DNA of 64,000 bases from Balanoglossus misakiensis (taxonomy: Eukaryota > Animalia > Hemichordata): positions 3,303,434 to 3,367,433 of the forward strand of contig CM082593.2 of NCBI GenBank assembly GCA_040954595.2. Direction: 5' to 3'. The notes under the pieces are model-generated. The model was not told where the DNA came from, did not search any database, and saw only the letters and a list, made by a program, of their open reading frames with translations. This document shows positions 12,590 through 24,000 of the stretch, in pieces (positions within the stretch are counted from its first letter, which is position 1; every line of letters begins with the position of its first letter). The position numbers and the translations under genes were made by a program.

Positions 12590-12870
12590 CAGACGCTCAC
12601 GGTAACCAGAGGGCGTTGCTAAGTGTGATGAATTATTAAACGGGTGAGTCAATTTCTGCAACGCGCACAGAAAGCTAAGACAACAAGTTTTTTAAAATAA
12701 TCATGTAAATTCCAAGCCGAAATAGAATGCTTGCGATATTACGCTGACCGTAAAAGATTTTTCTGCCACGTAAAGCCAACAAAAATTGGTCGGAGTTAGC
12801 GGCGATGGCCTGCCCCGGTAACAATGTGTTCCCTCACGAGTTGTACGCTGACCACCCCTATAAATAATAC
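12590..12870. promoter_or_regulatory. Bidirectional promoter region with RFX X-box-like half sites and a TATA box
   Basis: Lies between divergently oriented genes. GGTAAC at 12601 and 12817, GTTGCTAAG at 12615, TATAAAT at 12859 (+). Confidence 0.4.
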
Positions 12871-13661
12871 ACGCCAGGGTACCATTTTCGTCAGTAGTAT
12901 TTTAACAAAGAGGAGAATATTTGTAATACAAATAAACCGACTTACTTAATCGGCAAATACTACTAGAAATTAACTAAATTGCTGGCAAATATTATGCTTT
13001 TGCAACTTCCATGAAGTCTACGTGGCAAAGACGCACATTCGATGTGAACAAAATAATAGAACTGTAGAACGAGGATGCGAGGGCGCTGTTATCCTAGGGC
13101 TTCACACTTTCGCTTACAAGCAGTCTTACAACTTCCACGCTTTGCAAAGCTTCGGGAATTTCGAAAGGTAGGCGTGGGTGAAAACGGGAAAATTTACTGA
13201 AACAGTCATCCGCTATGTAACACGAAGTGGCCCGTGTTTAATAATGCACAACAGCACGCTTGTTAGCCCTTTTTGAAGAGATTGAACCATTGGGCGTTGT
13301 TCGCCTTGGCCTGGGTCCGGCACTGGACCGATGCGCCTTTTTATTCATGAGGTGCGGTAGTTCATTGCGTACGGTGCAATGATATAACGAGAGGAAGCGA
13401 TAGCTTGTTTCAGTACAGTCACTTCTTTATTGGACACCAACACGTGAGAATACATTATTACCATCTCAAGTTATCTATAAAACTAATTTGTAATTTTTTT
13501 TACTAACAATTTCCTAGGTCTACAATTGCAAAAGTTGCTCAAACAATGCCAAGTCAATGGGTCCCAACTCAAAATCTTACAGCAATAACACAGATGATTA
13601 TCATGACCTTGTATGTTTGTTTCATTAAATATACAGTAGGTAACTGAAGAACGAATCAAAG

Positions 13662-14324
13662 ATGAACTTTGTTGTGATGCAGGAACCACATCTTGAAGAG
13701 TGCGTTGAACTCGCCACCACTACGCTGCTGACACGCGAGCCCATCTACAGTTACTTAAAGCCGCCAGCTGATGATCTCAGGCGTGCGTACAGGGAAGTGT
13801 GGATCAGTCGGGCCATTCGGGATGGAATATCAGTCGTTGCCATAGATACCGAAGTAAACAAAGTTGTCGGTGCCAGTATCAATTATCTCGTCTCCGATGT
13901 ACATGAGGTCAATGCCGAATTTGACGAGTCTGGCATGATTGTACCTGAGTTTTATCAATCAGCGGACAAGCTCGAAGACGAATTGAGATCAAGATTGAAT
14001 GATCTCCATGATATGAAGGCGGTACTATCAGCTGGTGGGAAGTGCATGGAAATGTTGCTAGGCGTTGTCAGTGACGAATATCAGGGCCGAGGTATCGCAA
14101 GACAAATGGTACAAAAATCGATAGAATTCGGAAAACTAAAAGGTGCCCGGATGGCCTACTCAGTTCTGTCAAATCCGGTCTCACAGCACATTTTCAAAAG
14201 AGAATTTCAACAAGTTGGTGACATGATTGAATACAAGACGTACGAAGTAAATGGTCAGAAACCATTTTCTGGTATGCCCGATGACTACAAAGGAGCAACA
14301 GTTGTCGTGAAGAAACTTTCTTAA
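13662..14324 (+). CDS. GNAT-family N-acetyltransferase, insect-type arylalkylamine N-acetyltransferase-like, 220 aa
   Basis: Uninterrupted 220-aa ORF. Acetyl-CoA motif A is VSDEYQGRGIARQM. The N-terminal ..L.TREP.., DGISVVAID...KVVG, SNPVSQHIF..EFQ and C-terminal Y..Y..NGQKPF patterns are typical of the iAANAT-like group. AATAAA at 14388. Confidence 0.85.
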   Translation: MNFVVMQEPHLEECVELATTTLLTREPIYSYLKPPADDLRRAYREVWISRAIRDGISVVAIDTEVNKVVGASINYLVSDVHEVNAEFDESGMIVPEFYQSADKLEDELRSRLNDLHDMKAVLSAGGKCMEMLLGVVSDEYQGRGIARQMVQKSIEFGKLKGARMAYSVLSNPVSQHIFKREFQQVGDMIEYKTYEVNGQKPFSGMPDDYKGATVVVKKLS

Positions 14325-17300
14325 AAGCAAGAATGTAATGTACTTGGTGACTCTGCGACAGAAATAACTTTTGTAATCACTGATTTTAATAAACATGTTA
14401 TGCTAACGTGATAAAAACGAACTAATCACATGTATTGACACAGAGGGCGTGGTAACTCGAACATAGCAAAGGCAACTTTTGACAGGTGAGGGTGTGACGG
14501 TTTAAAATCATCGATTATCTGCCAGGCGAAGGTGATGGAGTGGTTTTAGATGTACACAAGGCTGTGCTCGGTGTAGAAGCAAGCACCCAGCTAACGTGAT
14601 TCTTCCCGAGACTTGAATCCGTCGAAGGACGAAAAAGCGAAAAAAAAAAAAACATTTCTTGATCTTGTCTTGCTCCAAAACCTCGTCGCTTCGATAGTGC
14701 GCCACTGGCGGTATGACTAGGCAAGTAGCGCAGCGTCGCTCCGCCAGCATCCGATCACTTTATTCGCTCAATCATGTCCTACCGCCATGCAGAGGCGCAC
14801 TTTGCACTGGCGAGCGATGAGGTCTGGAATCGAGACTATTCTCCATCCCTGCAGATAATGCACAAATTTCACAGCACAAAATGCGACATCGTGAATTTAT
14901 GCTGAAGTCGTCAAAATGCAGAGTAGTTTTCTTTATACACTCCACTATGCTCTGGAATATGGGTCATAATTTTTCACGTTCGGGCACACGAGACCGAATC
15001 CAGTATACATTTTTGCACAGAATGATGAACCGTGCACGATGGAAAGTTCTGCACTAGTAGCTCCCTGATCGAATTGACCCAGAGGTCAACTGCCTATTAT
15101 GGCGACTTGATTGCCTGTGATCTTATCACTTTGTTTATCTCTGCCATCTCCGTGACTTATACTCACATTAAAGACCGTTCCCCGCTTGCATTTTCCCTCT
15201 CCGGAATAATATTGTCTAAAAATGGCCATTTGAAGTCAATCAGCGCGATCAAGCGAAACGCCAATTCCGACATGACAAGGACTGACTGTTAATGCCGGGG
15301 AGACATCATCAAATGGACAATTTGCAGAATTTTGAATTGTTCGCCCTCGTTGGGTTGACGCCGAGCATCAGGCGAAACCGTGAACCATGTGGTTTTTGTT
15401 TTTGCCGTACGATGCGGATGCCTTGTATGAAAATCATATGGGACAATGACCCGTCCAAAACCCCAGCGTACAGACTGGCACATATTCGAGCCAAAACTTT
15501 GTCATGTTTATGTGCCTGTTTAGAATGTTTAGTTTTCTCTGACGTTCCTCGAGAATGCTCGATTATGTTCCAAATGTTTGTTTGTTTGCATGCTTCCTTA
15601 CTTGTTGGTTTGTTGGTTTGTTTTGCTGATGTAGTGTTGGGTCACCTTCTCGGACCGTTGACACGAACGTAAGACAGACAACAGGGAATTTCGAGTCGCT
15701 CATAGTCAACCGGACCTTGCAACTGTCGGACGAAACCGAAACCCCCCAATCCGCACTGAGAGCAACTGATGAATTTTTCATAAGATGGGTGAGTTTCTGA
15801 TACTCCGCACACTCACTGACAAATATTATATCATTTTTATTTTTTTTAATGTAATGGGAAGATATCTGCTTCTACTGTCACTACCATCATGTGTATGCAG
15901 TAGCTTTTGCAGCCTGCAACGTGTTTTATTCTCAAAACCTCCTGCTATAAACATCTCAATTACGAGCCCACTGCCCCAAACTCACTCTTAATTTGCAGAT
16001 TCTGACAAATATATCAGGCATAATTGAGCCTAATGAAGTTGCTGTCGATGATACATTTTTCTGCTAATCGAATGTAAATTCTATTAGAATCATCATTGAT
16101 CATATTTCAACAAATTTATTGCAAATAATAATTTCGATTTATATGGCGCTGACCTCTGCCCCATAGGAGCGCGTCTCACCAGCCTTTTTCAGTTAGATAA
16201 GTAATTTATATCTGCTAAATGAAATTTATATTCATTAGGTCCATCGCCGCTTTAACTTTATTGTCGATTGTGGCTGAAATTAGCCGCACTTTCCCAGTCT
16301 TTCTATTCGCTTTGCCGTCCAACAAACATATTTTCCCGATATCTTGTTCGAGGACTTTTTAAAAATCTTGTTACCCCTGGTCAAAATGGTTTTATTCGAC
16401 CGACCGACTCGTCACAATTCACATTTTCAGACTCACAAGTAGACGCTCTTGGTCTAGAAAGAAAAACATTCGGTCACGTCAAAATTGTTGTCTCCGACAA
16501 ACAAAAAAGTCACGACGTGATACGAGACAAAGACCTTTTTTGATTTGAAGCAGAAAACCACTTTCATGTCAAATGGCGCGCTCTAACCTTGAAATGTGTT
16601 ACTATGCAAGATACTTATCAAGATGATTTACCGTGGACGGTAGATATCGGATACAATATGCGATAAAAATCATCTGCCATGGAGACTTTGGTCGCCAGAA
16701 TCAGAAGAACCATGCATAAAAACATGGATTCGTCGAAAAGTAAACATGATTGATAGTTCAAATAGTCGTTGTAGTTCTGTTAACAGTGTCCGAATGATTT
16801 AGATATGTATTATTTTGCCAGTTTTGCGTTCACGTGAAAATTTAAATGGGGTTTCGTTTTAAAACAATGTAGTAATGAAGATGTCTTTTTACTCCCTTTT
16901 GCGTAGATTACGCCAACCTGGGCAAAGTGGGCGTCTGTGCCGAGCTAAACGCCAATTAACCCACAGTCTGTTGGTCACTGCCTGTGTTTATCATGAGTAA
17001 GGTGTCTCAAAGGCTCGCCTGAGAATGAAAATTTATTACCGCCTGCTTTGAGACTACGCAGACGCTGCCTTTACGATTCCCCGGGCGCCTGGCGAAATAT
17101 TCGTCATTATGGTTATTTACTGCGCATGTATAAGTAGCGGAGCTCTGCTAGGCGAGAAATTATCGTTTGGTGAAGAATTTTCATCACATCTGTCGGTTTA
17201 CTTTGCCGCCCTTAGAGTAAGCCGGCCTTGTTATCTCAAAGTGATGACATTTTATTCCCTCGGCTCGATCCCGGAGTTGACTTTGACCCAGAATTCTGCT

Positions 17301-18060
17301 CAGGTGATTATTGAAGGCCCGGGATAATGACATTAATTTTCAATACCCCAAAGTCAGTAATGGCGACATTGTTTTGTCCAGAACAACGCGACACCACATA
17401 AACTCCAAGCAAAGATTTCGATTCTATAAACTGCCAGAACAACGCGACTTCCAAGAGCTGCCACTTTTTGCATTATTTTCGCAGAATCTGAGAGAAATAT
17501 AAACTTTAACCGTACAAGTGAACGACAACCTAAACACCACAAAATCCTACTCAACCTACAATTTTCGTCACTTATTTTGGTAGCACGTGATACGTGATGA
17601 AACGAGGCATGTTTTCTTCGGTACTTCTCCCTTCGAGACTTAGACTTGCCCGTTTCCACATGAAAGTGTGCTGAGATCGACCACAGATTAAAGTCATTAG
17701 AGAATCCTATCAACAAGGCTTTGATATTTTTGTTCAGGTCAACCCTGTTTCTTTAATCTGGCGCCCGTCCCACAAGAAACCACCGGGCTTACCTGCCGTT
17801 CGCTCTGACAATGGCGCTGCCTTGAGGCCCGGTCTTAACCCCTCGCCTGATTTGCATTAGTCAAAGTTTAGCAGAGACTGTAATGCGCTGAATTTTGTTG
17901 ACAGTGTGACAGTGTAATTACACCCACACTTTCTCGTTTCGTGCTTTCTTTCCCAGCAAACATCTAGAGTACATTAAACAATAAACAATCACATTCGTTA
18001 TGAAGAATCTCTTCTTACCATATACTCTCGTACTATATGCATTAGCCTGCCCCCCCCTCA

Positions 18061-18112
18061 TCTCTCTCGCTCTCTCTCTCTCTCGTTCTCTGTCTCTGTC
18101 TCTCTCTGTCTG

Positions 18113-18165
<53 letters not shown>
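18061..18165. repeat. (CT)n microsatellite, imperfect
   Basis: Direct inspection. Confidence 0.95.
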
Positions 18166-18168
<3 letters not shown>

Positions 18169-21010
18169 TCTCGACTCTCGTGCGCGCTCACTCGCTGTGT
18201 GTCAAATCTGGAACTCATCTGAAAACACACTCCTCTCCAACATCTCTAATTTATGAATATAAAAATAACATGATCAGTTGCAACCTTGACTATCCCTTGA
18301 GCATGCGCAAATCAGCCCACCAAATGCCTGGAGGCAAACAAATACTGATTTTCCCCTATCACACAGGGCCAACGAAGACACCGCCGCTGCAATCTTGATG
18401 TTACCAGCAGTTCAATCGCGCGCTACATTTCATTCGGCATGCACTAATTTAATTGAATTTATTCAACAGTAATTTGACTCTAATACAATTATCTGCGGGG
18501 ATAGAATCATTGCTTCGTGAAAAATTGATAGCTTGAAATTACGGATTACAGTGTAGAGGAAGGAGCGGGAGAATCACGAGCAGACGACTCCGAAATTCAG
18601 GAACGAACTACTTTTTGGGGGGGAAGGATGCTTTTGAATTGACCCTGCATTTCTCACTATTATTAATCTTTTAACATGAAATTTAAGCTGCTCTTTAGTG
18701 ACATCGTAGATTTTTTAAGCCCGAAAATCTGAACGAAAATGACATTAGATAATTTACAGAATAGAAATATTAGAAAATAGAAACGGTGTAACTTGAATTT
18801 GACAGCGAGAATATGTAAGTTGTGTGAAGTTAGATTTGAGGAAAAGATATGTACACGCATTCTATACACATGTATATTTCATGCTAGTTTGCGCTGTGAC
18901 ATTTCATTGAACTTTAACCGCAGAAATTTATTTAGGACTAGGTTCAACATTAAGCTAAATACTTTTCGTGGTTCCTCGGATGAGTATCCGTGACCCGCCA
19001 ATGTAATATGACTTTTGTGTCTGCTCAGACAACTGATTCCACGTAATTTGAAGATTTTCCAGTTATTGTAAGTCATTTTTTCTGGTTAAAATAATTTTAC
19101 AAATTTGAGTGTTCCTCTTCAGTGGAAATCCATCATTGCCATCTGGTGACGTCACTGACTGAACAACCGAGGGCTGTGTTCTTTGAGATTCGTTATTTTC
19201 GATTGTTTCTTTCCAAACGACAAGATTTGTCTAATTCGTCTTATTTTCCAAACTATTTTCAATTTGTGAACGATTTGAAGGCCCTTCAATTCCGGAATGT
19301 CTCCCTTAAAATTACAGGAAATGGGCGATTTCCGCCACAAAGGAAGCCGTTGATTTTTTTGAGGCGGGAAAATACATCCATCAAACGATATGCGTCAAAT
19401 AGAATGTGTATACTGCCTGGCCCCGGCAGCGTCTTCGTGTTGCAGACAACAATGTCCAGGGGTGTTGATAAATTTTTGATGGCGTATGGGATCACGCCGT
19501 CTGCATTATTCATGAAGAGAGATATCGATGATTCGATAAGTTATTAATATTTCATCGCCTAAATACTTCGTATATTTGACAAGATTTGGCGGGCATTGAA
19601 GCCCGACAAATCAAACATCCAAAGTTTGTCGCGCGGGTTGAGAGGTCGTGCGACACCACCCCGAGATACGGGTAACCTTTATATTTCAAACACTTTTATC
19701 GTTCTTTCATAAAAATGTCGTTTTTCTCTCCGTGCTACGTTTCCAATACACCTCGAAACACAGCTCGCCTGCGATAAACAGACGAACAATGTAAACCAGA
19801 TTCTGGGCAAAGACATCCGTGCAGGTACGGGGGAGAGAATGTAATGGCCTGTCCTCCCTACAGCTACACGCAGCCATGTCCTTTAGAAGTTATCAGTTTG
19901 AGTAAAAGTAATGGTTTTTCTTGCCGGGGGTCATTTACACAATCTACTTACGGATCTCCAGACTGGCCGAAGTGTTGAGTAAATCTAAAAGGATTAAACG
20001 CGGTAAAAGTAGTTTCTTCCGCAAGCCTTTATACTTCTACCCGAGAATCACGCTCAGTGCGAAGCGGGGGAACTATCATTCAAAGATATACCATTAAACC
20101 CTTGCAAAATTTCCTGGAAACAAATAGTTTTGGGAGATTTGAACATAAGTACTTTGAAAAGAACTTTGAAGGTGATTGCAACTAGGAGCGCCTGAGCGCG
20201 TTTTCTGTACACCGATTGGTGTAAATTATTCACTGACGTATAATTGACTTAATAGCTGATGTTCAAAATCGAGTTGATTGGGAACTTCAAATTCGCTGTC
20301 GCGATAATAGTCTCCTTTTGCAGCAATGAGCTGCCGCCTTGGGGATGCAAAACACTTTTTATGCCCTTTCAAACGCTTATTTACAGGTAATCGGGGGTTC
20401 AGTTTGTGGTAATATCAAAAGTTGCCATGTGAAATCATCGGTCATAAACCCTAACCCTAAGTTTTGCAAACAGACTGTATGTGTGTATGTAGGTAGGCAG
20501 GTAGGTATGTCTCTGTCTACCTGTCTCTATGTCTGCCTACATGTTTGTTTGTTTGATTGTTTGTTTGAAAAAGGTACAGACACCTACAGACATAATTAGT
20601 CAGACAAACGTGGTGGTAATTATTGTTTCATATAACGATTTTTTTATTAAACATTCTCAACTCTAAGAGTACATGTCCATTGTATTCACCTGTGCAAGAT
20701 GTTTAAAATAATTCACTGAAGTCAAAGTAAAAAGTGCTTTAATTTGTTAGGTGCTTCCAAACTATCAGTTGTTTTCAATTCAATCATGGAGGCGAAAAGC
20801 AACATGTCGGAGCAGGCCCACTTCCTGTACCCAATCACAGACCTTGTATGTGTATGTGTCACTTCACAAAAATCATGGCACGAGCGACTTGATTGGCGCG
20901 AAGCCGATTGGTCCTTAGTCAATGGGCAAATGCAACCGGAGCGTTGATTGGTCCGTTGCTTGTCATAGTTGAGTGGAATGCAACAGCAAGAACGCTGATT
21001 GGTGCCTCTC

Positions 21011-24000
21011 TTACGAAGCCGAGGGTTCCTGGAAGCGGGCACTCGGTGTTACTGAGTACATCAGGGCTTTTGTGTATTCTTTAGCCTTTTGCCTGAGTTG
21101 AGCGACGCTCGACGATCGCTGATAAACGGGAACGTGCGGAGATGAATACGGACCCATCAGTGTACTGCAACTACATTCTTGGGGACTGCAGCAATTCATT
21201 GAAGATGTAGCTGTGAGAAAATAAAAAAGGGAGAGTTTTGTTTGTCACACTCAGTCACGTTCAGACAGTCGTTGGTGTGAAGCAGTTCCCCTAAAAGAGA
21301 CTAACCAGTCCACCACCATGGTTTGGACCAGATATATTGTTTTCTAAGACAGGCCAGAGTATAACGTACGGAGGCTGGACGGTTATATATATAAAAGGTC
21401 ACCTTGTGTTGTCATGCTCTGTGCATAATATGAGTATTGGCGGACCGTTATAATTAGACTGTTGTGTCTATTTTGCACCGCTGTTTTCGTAAAAAAATGT
21501 ACGAATGTCATGTCTGTCCTCAGGCTGTTCTGAAACCTAACCTTTCGTGACACGTCCCTATAGGAGCAAATCGCACTGATGCCTAGAGATGAGTAATGAT
21601 GGTGATCGCAACGATGACCATTTTGACGTCACGGACTTCACATTTCATGGGCCCGCTCTTCCTTAAACAGCAAAAAAGCCATCTGCCATTTGACAAGTGT
21701 AATTGGGTTCGATTCAACCGTGAAATAGCTGTTAGGGCAATACATTTCACCGCGGCATGGAAATCAATGACTTGACTTGAAAGCATTCCCGCCATCGACT
21801 CCATTCATAGATATACGTAGTCTAAAATTCTGTCTGATTGTCTCAGAGTGGTGATTCTTTGATACTGTGAGGACATTGTCTGTCTGTCTCTCTGTCTATC
21901 TATGCGTCTGTCTCTCTTTCTCTATGCATAGGCCTATATGTATTGTCACGGAATTGCTAGGTCAACGCCGCACACAAGACTCATATCTCAAGAAATGCGA
22001 CTTTTTCCTGATTCTCAGACTGAGACACCCTGTAGCAAGGGAAACTGTCAATTTTCCACGATTGGGGCGGAGCTTGTATCACGTGGGCTTGTTGCGTGTA
22101 TTGTGACTCCCCTAGCTCGCCATCCAAAAGCAGACGAGACATGGCGGTTGAACTGTGAGCATCGTGCTCTCGGTTGTAGTGATCTGAATTCGCACTTTAC
22201 CTCTATCTTTCTTATATTTTCGTTCAAACTCTTCTCCACGTTTGTGGGAACACTTTTTCTGTAACCTCTGAGAAGTTTAGTTGTCTACGGATCGTAATTC
22301 CGAGGTTTTTCTTGGTATTTGTGTGAGCGCAACGCTCAGGTCGGTCGGTCGGTCAGCAGTTTGATACACTGCAAGCACGTTCTGCCGTGCGCGAGGTACA
22401 TCGAATCAGGACTTGTAACGGACCGGTCTACGCCGACAAGGCTCGATCGTGTTACGTTTACGCTATTAGGTTGAGACTAGTTGGCTGTTTGGTCCAAGGT
22501 TTGTCATTCACTAAGGCTTGACAATTTTTGGGGACCTCAGTCGGACATAATTTCCGTTACAGTATGTATATTGTCACTTACCTAGCTGTACCGGATTCAT
22601 TATCTGAAACTTATTCATCGGACTTGTTTTCCAAACGCTGCACATAGTCGAATCGGATTGTTGTTCACGTTCGGATTCATTCCACCTGTCGATGGTGAGA
22701 CTGTCTCGTGTCGGGCTCGGTGTTCTGCAAGTCAATTCATATCACGCGTCATTAAGGCAGAATTGCACTCGCCACTTGGCGGATGACCTCGTGACCCCTG
22801 GCAGGGCAGCCATCGCCCGTAACGCACTTTAATAGAACTGCGTCGTCGATTGCAATTGTATTGACACTTTATAGTACAATTAAATGGTTGTAAACTGCGG
22901 GCTTGCAGTGAAATTCTCATCGTTTCATTATTACCCCCACCTCCAGCTGATAATATACAATGAGGTCAGACCTCTGGCACGTAGTTAATTCCAAACAGAA
23001 GGTGCGATTAACTCCCCTACATATCACCTGGCCGTCCATCCCACAAGTTGCTTTTTCCCATCAAGTTCATGCTACTATAGCCCGCATTATCAAGTAGATT
23101 CTTCTAAAGTTGGAATACAAGTGCAACTCTGATTAATGAAAAAATCTGAAGTATGTACTCTATATTAGTCATTCCATGTAACTGCGATTCAATCCAATAC
23201 CTTGTTCTGGAGTCGTCCGTCTCATGACTGACTTCCGAATGGGGAGATTCACCCTTCTCTTCGCCACAAGGCGGCGATGCTTGTCTGGCGGGATCTGTTT
23301 CTTGACCACCGTGGCTCGAGTCTGTGAAATCTCGCTCATCCTCTCGGCGCTGTTCACTTCCATTGGACGACTGGGCGTCATCGGGGTGCGCGTTGGCGTC
23401 ACCAGTTTCTTCCTCCCGATCGGTCAACGGCGCAGCGCCGCTGTCTTCTGCGTCTTGTTCCCCGTTCTCCGGGACATCTCGTCTGTCTTTGCCCGTCTTC
23501 CGCCATTTTGCGCGCCTATTTTGAAACCAGACCTGTGGTGAAGAAAAAGAAAAAATCACGATTGCAAATTAATTTGATGGTTAGATCGAATTCTAAAATT
23601 TCGCAGAAGAAATGAAAATGAATGATGAGAATGGCGCAGGATATCGCGCTGAGAGCAAAAAGAGTCGATCTAGGCGTAGATGAGTTTTCTACAAGGTTAG
23701 GCATATACGGCGTTTCGCAAATTGACCGCCTATAGCCTTGAGCGGCACGGACGCTCATCTCCCCCGAAAAAACGCCGTGGAGCCGAGGCACATTGCACCA
23801 ATTGAATCAATTTGTGCTATGACAGCCTGCTCCGAAATCCTACAACGTCTTCCATTCAGACTATAACTGAAGAAAGATCCAACGTGTAATTGTCAATCAA
23901 TTATTTTGGTTAATTAGCTTTGTTGCGTGCCAAATAGTTTGCGACATAAAAGGGTCACCACATCACAGCAACATGATACCGAAGGAAATACGAACAGAGT

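Noticed and set aside
15292-15672. 126-aa ORF
   Set aside because: No recognisable domain, and it ends in GTTT-repeat-derived sequence.
18000-18398. 132-aa Leu/Ser-rich ORF
   Set aside because: Produced by the (CT)n microsatellite.
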